From an uncultured Opitutia bacterium (GTDB lineage: Bacteria > Verrucomicrobiota > Verrucomicrobiia > Opitutales > Seribacteraceae), in NCBI GenBank assembly GCA_964012695.1, contig CAXGVD010000001.1, positions 1 through 36,683 on the forward strand: 36,683 nucleotides of DNA, written 5' to 3'. Under the pieces are notes generated by a model. The model was not told where the DNA came from. It searched no databases and was given only the letters and a program-made list of their open reading frames with translations. Below are positions 16,623-24,354 of this stretch, piece by piece. The position numbers and the translations under genes are program-made. Every line of letters starts with the position of its first letter. Within the stretch, counting starts at the first letter, position 1.

Positions 16623-17897
16623 GTGAAGTTCGTATTTCGGAGCAGTTTGTTTTGCGTCTTGCTCGCCGCCTTGGCCGGTTGCGGCGGAGGCGAAGAAGCG
16701 AAGAATGAGGCCAGCTCCCCAGCCCCGCTCAAAGCAAGCCCGGCCGCTTCTCCCGGCGGCAAGGGTTCCAAGGCGCCCTCCCCTTCCAAATCCATTTCAG
16801 CTTCCGCCCGCCGCCCTCCCACCGAAGAAGAACAAGCCGAACTCGCTCGGACGTTGGCCGAGTTGGACGAGTCCCGGGAGCGTGCGGGGTTGGACGAAAA
16901 CGATTCCGCGTCCCTCACCTCAGGCTCAGTCACCTACGCGGGAGGCGGGAAGTACGTGGGCGGCTTCAGGAACGGAAAGCGCCACGGGCTCGGTTCCTTC
17001 GTCTTTCCCAACGGAGACCGGTTCCGCGGACACTACACCGACGGTAGACGCCAAGGATACGGCACCTACGAGTTCGCCAACGGGGAACGTTACGAAGGCT
17101 ATTTCCACGACGGCAAGTATCACCACTGGGGGCTATACGTCTTCAAGAACGGAGATAAGTACTTCGGCCAATACCAAAGGGGCAAACGCAACGGGAAGGG
17201 CACCCTCACCAAGAAAAGCGGCGAACGTTACCAAGGCGAATTCGCTGACGGCAAACGCACTGGCCACGGTTACTGCACCTTCTCGGACGGCTCGCGCTAC
17301 GTGGGCTCCTGGAAGGACGACAAGCCCGAGGGTTGGGGCACTTACCTGTATCCAGCCAAGCCCGAGCGCTTCGGCTCCCCCCCCCGGCTGGCCGGTCCCG
17401 CTGGCACAGGGTCCGCCACCTCCAAACCGGACTTCGCGTCCGTCGAGTCTCCCGCCCCTCTCCTCGCCGAAGACCTCCACGCAAGCCCGGATCTCAAACC
17501 CGAAACTCCGTCTGCTCGCGCGTCCGCATCATCGGAAAGCTCTTCGGCTTTTCAGGGAACCGCCTTAGGCGCAGCTGGCGCAAACGCCACTTCTCCCGAG
17601 TCCGCTTCATCCACCGACGGCTTCCTCGACTTCGAAAACGGCGACCGCTACGCCGGTCAACTCCTCTCGGGGCGCCCCCACGGGCAGGGCGCCTACCTGT
17701 TCGCAGACGGCTCCCGCTACCTCGGCGACTTCCGTGACGGCGACTACCACGGGCAAGGCCTCTTCACCTACGCCGACGGCTCCCGCTACCTCGGGCAATG
17801 GGACCGCGGGCGCTACCACGGGCCCGGCGTCCTCTACGCTCCAAGCGGCCAAGTGCAACGCGAAGGCTTCTGGAACGAAGGCGAGCCTGCGAAATAA
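16623..17897 (+). CDS. MORN-repeat lipoprotein
   Basis: 424-aa ORF with a GTG start at 16623. Lipobox LLAALAGC. It has six N-terminal MORN units (e.g. YVGGFRNGKRHGLGSFVFPNGDR, YEGYFHDGKYHHWGLYVFKNGDK, YVGSWKDDKPEGWGTYLY). A ~90-aa P/S/A-rich linker follows, then three C-terminal MORN units (YLGDFRDGDYHGQGLFTYADGSR and others). Confidence 0.85.
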   Translation: MKFVFRSSLFCVLLAALAGCGGGEEAKNEASSPAPLKASPAASPGGKGSKAPSPSKSISASARRPPTEEEQAELARTLAELDESRERAGLDENDSASLTSGSVTYAGGGKYVGGFRNGKRHGLGSFVFPNGDRFRGHYTDGRRQGYGTYEFANGERYEGYFHDGKYHHWGLYVFKNGDKYFGQYQRGKRNGKGTLTKKSGERYQGEFADGKRTGHGYCTFSDGSRYVGSWKDDKPEGWGTYLYPAKPERFGSPPRLAGPAGTGSATSKPDFASVESPAPLLAEDLHASPDLKPETPSARASASSESSSAFQGTALGAAGANATSPESASSTDGFLDFENGDRYAGQLLSGRPHGQGAYLFADGSRYLGDFRDGDYHGQGLFTYADGSRYLGQWDRGRYHGPGVLYAPSGQVQREGFWNEGEPAK

Positions 17898-17971
17898 GGG
17901 TGCGGGTACGCTTCCAAGTCCGCGCTAGAAGAAATGCGGCTACTTCCGGGCGACATCGTTACTTCGTCGAC

Positions 17972-19285
17972 TCAGAGCAATTTCGTCATCAAGTTACGGT
18001 TGAGGGTGCGAGCCTGAGCAGTGAGGGCGAGGTTGCCTTGCAGGCGAATTTCCTCCTTGGAGGTCCGCAGGATGTCATCCACCAGTCGCTCCTCGAGACG
18101 TTCCATATTCCGGGAACTCGTCACCATGTGTCGGGCCAAGTGATCCGCCGCCAGTTCCAGTTGTCTCATGCTCGCCCCTAGGCTCCCTAGCTGGCCGGCG
18201 AGGTTTTCCACCTCGTCGATGATCTTTGCAGAGGCGTTGGAGGCGTTTGCGGCCGTGTCAACGGAGACGTCGTACAAGGTCGAAAACTGCATGGGTTGGA
18301 TGGTGACCGAACCGGCCCCCGTGGGCACTTCTATCACGTCCTTGCTCAAGACCGCCTCGTACAGGGCGCTCACCTGGAAGAGGGATTTGGACTCCACGAT
18401 TACGCTCAGGTTGGTCTCGCCCCTCAGTGCCGAGCGCGTGGCGATGGGCGTGCCTTGGAAATTTTCCACGTAGGACCCGTCGGAGCTTTCGTTAAGGTGA
18501 TAAGGTTCGTTGTCGAACACCCCGTCGGCATCGGAGTCCAGATGACTGTACTTGTAAGTAGTGACTTCGCCAGGAGACCACTCGATGACGAACTGGTCAA
18601 AGTCTTGGTTGTAGGCGCTTCCAGCAGTCTTCCATTGGCCCGTGTCAAAGATAACGTTGTCGTCTCCCTGCCGTACGGCATAGCGTTCCCACGCCGTGCC
18701 CGAGTTGACTTGCAATGTGAGTTTGCCCCGGTCATAGCGCACATCCTTTGTGGCGGTCCAGCGGTTGATGTTTCGGCCCAATTCGGCGGAAAAGACATTG
18801 GCCTCGTAGGTGTCGGGCGGCTTAGGGTTCAAGTTGGTCTCGTTCAGGCCACTGCTGAAGTCCGCGCTCTCCTGAAAGAGGTAGTGGTCTTGAAAGGTGC
18901 TGTTCTGGAGGTTGTACAGGCTTTTCTTCAAGTCATCGAACTCGGCCATGTAAAGGGTACGTTCGGTGGCGGACAGAGAGGGGTCCACGGCCAAGCCGGC
19001 CAGTTGACCCATGCGGTCCATGACGCCCTCCACCTTTCTCAGGCCAGCTTCTTGAATCTGCAGGTAGCTTAGGCCCGTCTGCACAATTTCGTACTCGACT
19101 CGCTTGCTCCGACTCAAGCTCCCGAGCCTGGCGGCGTAGGCGTGCTTGCCGCCGTCGCCGTCCTGCAGGGCGCGTTCGGCGCCGTCCGTGGTCAGGGTGC
19201 GCTTGAGGGACTGGTCCAAGCCCGCCAAGGCCCTGCCCGTGGCGTGAGCAAGGCTTCCGAAAATCGGAGCCGTTGGCGAAAGCAT
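17972..19285 (-). CDS. Divergent flagellin/FlgL-family (flagellin N- and C-terminal helical domains) protein with a novel central insert
   Basis: The track ORF starts at a GTG (19375). The ATG at 19285 places the conserved helices at flagellin-like spacing. N-terminal region: GLSYLQIQEAGLRKVEGVMDRMGQLAGLAVDPSLSATERTLYMAEFDDLKKSLYNLQNSTFQDHYLF. Compare the flagellin/FlgL pattern Q.aegAL.ev...LqRmrELavqa.n.t.s..dr..i..E...L..ei..ian.t.fng..l. C-terminal region: LGSLGASMRQLELAADHLARHMVTSSRNMERLEERLVDDILRTSKEEIRLQGNLALTAQARTLNRNLMTKLL. Similarity was judged by eye only. Confidence 0.65.
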   Translation of the reverse strand: MLSPTAPIFGSLAHATGRALAGLDQSLKRTLTTDGAERALQDGDGGKHAYAARLGSLSRSKRVEYEIVQTGLSYLQIQEAGLRKVEGVMDRMGQLAGLAVDPSLSATERTLYMAEFDDLKKSLYNLQNSTFQDHYLFQESADFSSGLNETNLNPKPPDTYEANVFSAELGRNINRWTATKDVRYDRGKLTLQVNSGTAWERYAVRQGDDNVIFDTGQWKTAGSAYNQDFDQFVIEWSPGEVTTYKYSHLDSDADGVFDNEPYHLNESSDGSYVENFQGTPIATRSALRGETNLSVIVESKSLFQVSALYEAVLSKDVIEVPTGAGSVTIQPMQFSTLYDVSVDTAANASNASAKIIDEVENLAGQLGSLGASMRQLELAADHLARHMVTSSRNMERLEERLVDDILRTSKEEIRLQGNLALTAQARTLNRNLMTKLL

Positions 19286-19424
19286 GGTTCGAACCGATGG
19301 AGCGACCGGGCTTTCGCATCCTTGCGAGGCCGCAGACGACGTTGAAAAGAAAAACGCCTCCTTGCGTACACGCACATGCTCGCGCGAGAAAAACCGGTAG
19401 TCAAGCCCTCCGAAGGGAAAAACT

Positions 19425-20366
19425 TCAACCTTTCTTCCCCGTCCTTCTCCACAGGCCCGCCGCTATGCTGCCTAATATGCAGTGGGTAACGGCGCTGAGG
19501 GCGCAGGGTACTGGAGCCATGGGGAGGGAGGCGAAGTGCTTGGTGGCCAAGGCGGCTCCCAAGCCCGAATTCTGCATGCCCACCTCGATGGAAGCGGCCC
19601 GGCGAATGGATTCCTTGAAACCGCACAAACTCGAGAGCAGGTAACCCGCAGCGAAACCGACGACGTGGAGCAAAACGACCGCCGGAACTAAAACCTCACC
19701 CGAGCCAAGAATGGCGTCTCGATTGGCCGCCATGATAGAGCCGACGATGAGCAAAATGAAGAGCACGGAGACGAAGGGCGAGAAGCTCGACGCCTTGGCC
19801 GCCGCGCCTTTAAAGAACTGGTTGACCGCCACCCCTGCCGCAACGGGCAGGATCACGATAAGAGCGATGCTCCGGAACAAGCCCCAAGCGTCCACGGGCA
19901 CATATTGCCCGGCGTAGAACTGGGTAAGGAAAGGGGTTAGGAAGACCGCCGCTAAGGTGGAAGCGGCAGTCATACTGACGGACAGGGCAACGTCCGCCCT
20001 GGCGATAAAGGCGACTACGTTGGAAGCCGTTCCGCCCGGACAACAGGCCACCAGAATCAGGCCCACCGCAAAACCCTCCGACAAGCCGAACGCCCAAGCG
20101 ATTCCCCACCCAAGCAGGGGCATTACCGCAAACTGCAAAACTACTCCGAGGCCCACCGCCGCAGGACGACGAGCCACCCGCCGAAAGTCCTCCACCTCAA
20201 GCGTCAGCCCCATCCCCAACATGATAAGCCCCAACCCCACCGATATGGCCTCCTTGCCGTACCACAAGAAGACGGTGGGCCAACGCAAAGCCACCACCGC
20301 CACGAGAACGGACCACAGCGGAAACAGGTTCACTGCCCACTTGAAGGTTTTTTCAAACGCCGACAT
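19425..20366 (-). CDS. Bile acid:sodium symporter (BASS/SBF) family transporter
   Basis: The track ORF starts at 20408. The ATG at 20366 gives MSAFEKTFKWAVNLFPLW. The protein is a multi-pass membrane protein with BASS signatures CCPGGTASNVV and EVGMQNSGLGAALA. Confidence 0.85.
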   Translation of the reverse strand: MSAFEKTFKWAVNLFPLWSVLVAVVALRWPTVFLWYGKEAISVGLGLIMLGMGLTLEVEDFRRVARRPAAVGLGVVLQFAVMPLLGWGIAWAFGLSEGFAVGLILVACCPGGTASNVVAFIARADVALSVSMTAASTLAAVFLTPFLTQFYAGQYVPVDAWGLFRSIALIVILPVAAGVAVNQFFKGAAAKASSFSPFVSVLFILLIVGSIMAANRDAILGSGEVLVPAVVLLHVVGFAAGYLLSSLCGFKESIRRAASIEVGMQNSGLGAALATKHFASLPMAPVPCALSAVTHCILGSIAAGLWRRTGKKG

Positions 20367-20481
20367 GACGCAACACAGTCCGGAACCATCGCCGACCGGC
20401 AAGCTCAACTACGCGAATCAGCTTTACTTTGAGTCCCCCTCGGCATCAGCTACGAGGCATCGTCCCCACCTATTCCGCGCC

Positions 20482-20625
20482 ATGAAGCCCAAACTCAAGC
20501 TCAAGCTCGTCGTCGTCCTTTCCGCCTCCATGCTCTTGAACGTTTTCCTCATTTGGGAACTCAAGCGCGTCAAAGACCACACCAATCAGCTCGAAGAGGT
20601 TATCCGGCAACAAAGCGGCAAATAG
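20482..20625 (+). CDS. Possible small single-pass membrane protein (47 aa)
   Basis: This is the 3' part of track ORF 19957-20625, whose upstream part is antisense to the transporter. The ATG at 20482 gives MKPKLKLKLVVVLSASMLLNVFLIWELKRVKDHTNQLEEVIRQQSGK. It shows mostly G/C third positions, one hydrophobic helix and no family assignment. Confidence 0.3.
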   Translation: MKPKLKLKLVVVLSASMLLNVFLIWELKRVKDHTNQLEEVIRQQSGK

Positions 20626-20663
20626 CCCGCCTTGCGGGACGGGGTCGGGCAAAAGGCTGAAAC

Positions 20664-21170
20664 TCAGTGTGCGGCAACCTTGGCGCCGTTATTCCAGGTG
20701 GAGTTGCCGTCAGGGCAGTCGGTGGGGCTTCGCTGGTTATCCCAAGGGTAGCCTTGGGCGTCTCCGCCGGGGCCTGCGGTGGACATGAGCGTCCAGGAAC
20801 CCTCGTAGCCTTCACGGGTGAGACGGAAGCCGGTGGGGGTCCCGTCAGGGAGCCGACCATCGGTGGGGCCGAGGTAGATTCCTTCGCTTTCGTAGCGGTA
20901 GAAACCGGAGGCGCCTACGGGGTAACCTTCAGGAGGCCAGTCGTTGACGTCCACGTGATAAACACGGGCACAGGTGACGGAGGTGCCGTTGACCTCGCGC
21001 TCGATGACGACGGTGTCGCCAGGCTTACCTACATCCGCGGGAGCGGGTTGCGGGAGGCCGTCTTGGCCAGCGTTCTCACCGCCTTCTCCACCACCGCCAC
21101 AAGCGGCGAGAAAAAGGAGGGCGGCACAGAAAAACGGGGTGGTTCGAAGGAGGAGGTTTGACTCGGACAT
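20664..21170 (-). CDS. Hypothetical lipoprotein
   Basis: 168-aa ORF with ATG at 21170. Lipobox FLAAC is followed by a Gly-rich tether (CGGGGEGGENAGQDG). I recognise no family. The opposite-strand ORF 20667-21161 looks like a shadow. Confidence 0.65.
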   Translation of the reverse strand: MSESNLLLRTTPFFCAALLFLAACGGGGEGGENAGQDGLPQPAPADVGKPGDTVVIEREVNGTSVTCARVYHVDVNDWPPEGYPVGASGFYRYESEGIYLGPTDGRLPDGTPTGFRLTREGYEGSWTLMSTAGPGGDAQGYPWDNQRSPTDCPDGNSTWNNGAKVAAH

Positions 21171-21283
21171 GGTCGCGCGGGTGCTTTACGGTGATGGTGA
21201 CGGGCGAGAAAAAAAGTCAGACGGCCGGATCGCGCATGTAGGCGGTAGCGAAGGTTATCACGTTGCGGCTTCTCCGTGTTCGG

Positions 21284-21832
21284 TCACTTAATTTCCCAGA
21301 ATTCGACCTCTCCCCAAATCACGCCCCAGCCTTGGTAGCTCGGGGTGAGGCGGAAGTAACGGGCCTTTACTTCGCGCAGGTCCATTTCCGCCCAAGTTCC
21401 CTTGCCGCGTTCGGCGGTGAAGCCGGCGTACTCGTTGAAGTCGACGTAGTTTACGCCATCCCGACTGACCTCCACCTTCACCTTGGCAAGTTCGTCGGAA
21501 CGGTCCCAAGCCTCGAAGTACACGCGTATGACGCCTATGCTGAGATCAGAGCCGAGGTCGAAGGTAAGGGTGGGGTTGCTTTTGTGCCAGACGGTCCAGG
21601 TGGAGCGCCAACCGTCCTCGGGTAGTTTGCCGTCGACCAGCTTGTCAGGCCCCAAGCGGCGGGCCTCCATGCTGGGCGGGGGAGTGGCCTCCGCCTTGGC
21701 CACGGGAGCGAGAGCGTACTTGCGAGGGTCTCCCTTGCGGGAGCGTTCCTGCCCGGACAGGAAAGGAGAAGCGGCCAAGAGCCAAGACGCAACCCAAGCG
21801 AGTAGGGACGTAAAACGAGCGAAGGTTTTCAT
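21284..21832 (-). CDS. Secreted single-domain F5/8 type C (discoidin, galactose-binding-like) protein
   Basis: The track start at 21835 is a TTG, and the adjacent ATG at 21832 gives MKTFARFTSLLAWVASWLLAASPFLSG (signal). Discoidin-like C-terminus: IGVIRVYFEAWDRSDELAKVKVEVSRDGVNYVDF...MDLREVKARYFRLTPSYQGWGVIWGEVEFWEI. Confidence 0.7.
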   Translation of the reverse strand: MKTFARFTSLLAWVASWLLAASPFLSGQERSRKGDPRKYALAPVAKAEATPPPSMEARRLGPDKLVDGKLPEDGWRSTWTVWHKSNPTLTFDLGSDLSIGVIRVYFEAWDRSDELAKVKVEVSRDGVNYVDFNEYAGFTAERGKGTWAEMDLREVKARYFRLTPSYQGWGVIWGEVEFWEIK

Positions 21833-22062
21833 CAACGCCCCAACGCTACCGGCCCCACAAGCGCGGGGGCAACTCCGGAAAGCACTCTTCCTCCGCTCGT
21901 GAAGAAGACTCGACGCCCCGACAGGACTTCCCCTAACGTTCGTCCTCGGCGATGCAGAGGATCAGGAATCGGAACCTCCCGTCTGGCTGGAGCTCACCGG
22001 CGAGATGGATTTCGACAGCGGCGGGGACCTATACCTAATCGACGCCGACTCCTCCACTCGCG

Positions 22063-22100
22063 AAAGAGAAAAAACCGCAACGCATGAAGATGCCGCGGTT
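22063..22100 (-). terminator. Likely intrinsic terminator downstream of the PEGA/FGE gene
   Basis: On the minus strand the sequence reads AACCGC-g-GCAT-cttc-ATGC-gtt-GCGGTT followed by TTTTCTCTTTCG. The outer stem pairs 22073-22078 with 22095-22100. The inner stem pairs 22082-22085 with 22090-22093, around a tetraloop. It starts 37 nt after the stop codon at 22137-22139. Confidence 0.45.
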
Positions 22101-22136
22101 CCCAAAAGGGGCAATGTTTCTTTACAAGAGGATGGC

Positions 22137-23711
22137 TCACGACTCCGGTGCTTCGATCACGGGACGGAAGCTGAGGCGAAAACCGATGGAGAAGAGGCGG
22201 CGGTCGGGACCATAGGCGTGGCGGTTGGCGGAGCGGGCGGCCCCGGCATCGAAAAAGGCGGCGCCTCCGCGTCTTACCCGAGAAACGCCGGCAGGCGGGC
22301 CGGTTGGGTCCACAACGGAGGTGACGGGGTAGTTTCCATACCAGTCCGCGCACCACTCGAAGACATTGCCGTGCATGTCGTGAAAGCCCCGGGCGTTGGG
22401 CCGAAAGCCTCCGACCGCCACCGTTTCCTGCTTGCTCACGCCGAAATGGGCGTCCTGCGGGGAAAGACCGTCACCAAAGGCAAAGGCTGTGCGGGTGCCG
22501 CCCCGGCACGCGTATTCCCACTGGGCTTCGGTGGGGAGGGCGTAGGCCCAGCCTTCGGGCACTCGTCCTTCCTTTCGTTCCATTTCCGTAAGCTTGACGC
22601 AAAAGAGCCGGGCTTCCTCCCAGGAAACGTTTTCCACGGGCCGCTTGGGGCCTTTGATCAGGCTCGGAGAGGTTTCCGCGACGCCAGCCCATTGTTCTTG
22701 GGTCAGTTCGTATTTACCGAGCCAGAAGCCTCTGGTGAGCGCGACGGGGTGAAGGGTTTCGTCGGGCTCCCTACCCTTCTCGTCCGGCGGGCTTCCTCGT
22801 TGAAAGGTTCCGGGCGGACACCAAAGCATTTCGGCCCCGATGGAGGGTACGGTCCACGGTCGCTTGAGCGAGAAATTGCGCTGCATGGCTTCCGCCAGGC
22901 GCCCCTTGGTAGCGTTGACCTCCTTTTCCGCGGCGATTCGTTTCTCTTCCGCCGCCATGCGGGTTTCCTCCTCCTTGGCTTTGCGGTCGGCCTCCTCCTG
23001 CTTTTGGCTAGCCTCGGCGAGTTTCATGCGCTCGTCGAGGAGCCGCCTTTGCTCGGCGGAGAGGTCGATCACCTTGCCTACGAGAAAATCGACGAAGACC
23101 TCCGTTTCCCGTTTCTCTAAGACGACGAACTTGCCTTCTACCCTGCGGTTCCCCGAGGTGAAGATGGCTTGATACTCGCCGGCGGGCACGGGCGTCATCA
23201 TCATCTTGTCCTTGCTCTTGGAGAGGTCCAGATCCAGAGCTGGAATGGAGACCCCGACCTCGATGGGCAGGGAGCGGATCACCAGCGAGCCAAGGGCCTG
23301 AATGCCACCCTCCCGCACATCTCCGGACTCCGCCACGTTGATGCGCGGGACGAAGCCGCCCACCACCCACTTGACAACGGCGCCGGGCGCCACCAGCATT
23401 TCCGTCTCCTTGGGACTGAGGCCGGAGGAAACGGCCTTCAGCTTGCGGGTGCCTGCAGTAACACCTTCTATGATCAAGCCTCCGAAGTCCGCCGTGGTCT
23501 TTCCCTTGAAGTCTCCGTCCAGAAACACGGTCACTCCCGGCGGCGCAACGACTTGCACATATCCAGTCTTCGGCTCCATTTTTTCGATAACGAGAGAGGG
23601 GAAAGGAACGGATGGATCAGTCTGGGCCACCGTAACCCGAGCGAGGACAAGAAGACCGACCGACAGGATGGTTCGACTGTGTCGAAACAAGTGGCTCAAA
23701 AACCATTTCAT
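22137..23711 (-). CDS. Secreted PEGA-domain / coiled-coil / formylglycine-generating-enzyme (FGE-sulfatase, SUMF1-like) domain protein
   Basis: The track start at 23738 is a GTG. The ATG at 23711 gives MKWFLSHLFRHSRTILSVGLLVLARVTVAQ (signal). There are two PEGA-like units (GVTVFLDGDFKGKTTADFGGLIIEGVTAGTRKLKAVS; PVPAGEYQAIFTSGNRRVEGKFVV). A K/E-rich coiled coil follows. The FGE domain reads WCPPGTFQRGSP...HPVALTRGFWLGKYELTQEQW...PVENVSWEEARLFC...LPTEAQWEYACRGG...GFHDMHGNVFEWCADWY...RVRRGG. Confidence 0.85.
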   Translation of the reverse strand: MKWFLSHLFRHSRTILSVGLLVLARVTVAQTDPSVPFPSLVIEKMEPKTGYVQVVAPPGVTVFLDGDFKGKTTADFGGLIIEGVTAGTRKLKAVSSGLSPKETEMLVAPGAVVKWVVGGFVPRINVAESGDVREGGIQALGSLVIRSLPIEVGVSIPALDLDLSKSKDKMMMTPVPAGEYQAIFTSGNRRVEGKFVVLEKRETEVFVDFLVGKVIDLSAEQRRLLDERMKLAEASQKQEEADRKAKEEETRMAAEEKRIAAEKEVNATKGRLAEAMQRNFSLKRPWTVPSIGAEMLWCPPGTFQRGSPPDEKGREPDETLHPVALTRGFWLGKYELTQEQWAGVAETSPSLIKGPKRPVENVSWEEARLFCVKLTEMERKEGRVPEGWAYALPTEAQWEYACRGGTRTAFAFGDGLSPQDAHFGVSKQETVAVGGFRPNARGFHDMHGNVFEWCADWYGNYPVTSVVDPTGPPAGVSRVRRGGAAFFDAGAARSANRHAYGPDRRLFSIGFRLSFRPVIEAPES

Positions 23712-23771
23712 CCGTTTAAAGTAAAACGGGCCCCGCACAAGTCAACCCAGACGCCAGAAGAAAGTCGGGCC

Positions 23772-24221
23772 TCAACGCGAACCGGACGGGTTGCCGACAA
23801 TGCGGACTCCGTCCACGTACAGGTCCGCGAGAATGGCGAAGGAGGAGCCGTCGCGCTCCAACATTCGCAGCTCCACCGTTCGGGCGCCTTCCATCAACCG
23901 GCGCATCCTGTCCCAAGCCTTGATGCCATCGTCGAGACGAACAGGGTCGGCAGGTGGCAATCTCGGAGCCTCCACTCCCCTGACCCGAACGGGCACTTGC
24001 CGCCCGAGCAGGGGATGCACACCGGGTAGGTTCACCAACAGGGTGGAGCCGTCCTCCACCCCAAGAACGTCAGCGGCGGGGTCGAGGAAAAAGCGGGTCG
24101 GATACTCCCTCGCCTCCAGGACCGATCCGGAGCTTGGCGATTTCACACATCCGCCGCAAGTAACAGCGCAAAACATAAGCGCCGTCCAGACAAGCAGATG
24201 AAAAACCGTCTTCTCTTTCAT
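23772..24221 (-). CDS. Lipoprotein with a staphylococcal-nuclease-like (SNase/OB) fold and substituted catalytic positions
   Basis: 149-aa ORF with ATG at 24221. Signal plus Cys: LMFCAVTCGGC. It follows the SNase pattern V.DGDT..V....VRL.GIDAPE, but here reads VEDGSTLLVNL...VPVRVRGVEAPR. The Ca-ligand Asp is replaced by Ser, DTPE becomes EAPR, and the YGR Arg position is DGSSFA. Confidence 0.55.
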   Translation of the reverse strand: MKEKTVFHLLVWTALMFCAVTCGGCVKSPSSGSVLEAREYPTRFFLDPAADVLGVEDGSTLLVNLPGVHPLLGRQVPVRVRGVEAPRLPPADPVRLDDGIKAWDRMRRLMEGARTVELRMLERDGSSFAILADLYVDGVRIVGNPSGSR

Positions 24222-24229
24222 CGACGAAA

Positions 24230-24258
24230 TAGTTAGCCGGCCCGTTCCTCAACGTCAA
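24230..24258 (-). promoter_or_regulatory. Possible sigma-70-like promoter (TTGACG-N17-TAACTA) directly upstream of the SNase-like lipoprotein gene
   Basis: On the minus strand, TTGACG is the complement of 24253-24258 and TAACTA is the complement of 24230-24235, with a 17-nt spacer between them. The -10 ends 8 nt before the ATG at 24221, which implies a near-leaderless mRNA. Pattern matching only. Confidence 0.25.
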
Positions 24259-24354
24259 CATTGGGGAAGTATTTTAAGGCCCCCCGCAGTTGCTTTTCAA
24301 AACCCTGCCCTCAAGTGGACAAACGGTTCAACCTCGCAGTTTCTTGCGGGCGAA

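Noticed and set aside
16930-17880. Possible DNA-level tandem repeat or CRISPR-like periodicity in the MORN region, and likewise in the NHL region 1-1400
   Set aside because: The periodicity is at the protein-repeat level (23-aa MORN units, ~45-aa NHL units) with diverged nucleotide sequence. There are no identical direct repeats with unique spacers.
17898-17971. Possible terminator hairpin between the convergent MORN and flagellin-like genes
   Set aside because: The best pairing is only 4 bp + a 2-nt bulge + 4 bp with a 12-nt loop and no U-tract, which is not convincing.
18296-19072. 258-aa plus-strand ORF and 18424-18798(-), 18933-19319(-), 19192-19626(-)
   Set aside because: They overlap the flagellin-like gene or the transporter 3' end. 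No motifs are present, and the composition is typical of shadow frames.
19286-19295. GGTTCGAACC, reminiscent of a tRNA T-loop
   Set aside because: The flanks show no acceptor, D or anticodon arms. The motif sits at the 5' end of the flagellin-like CDS, so it is a chance palindrome.
20626-20638. CCCGC-ctt-GCGGG hairpin after the small ORF
   Set aside because: It has a 5-bp stem, a 3-nt loop and no U-tract on either strand. It is too weak to call as a terminator.
22005-24029. ORFs 22005-23120(+, 371 aa), 23169-24029(+, 286 aa), 23302-23724(+)
   Set aside because: They are antisense to the PEGA/FGE gene and the SNase-like gene, both of which have strong motif support on the minus strand.
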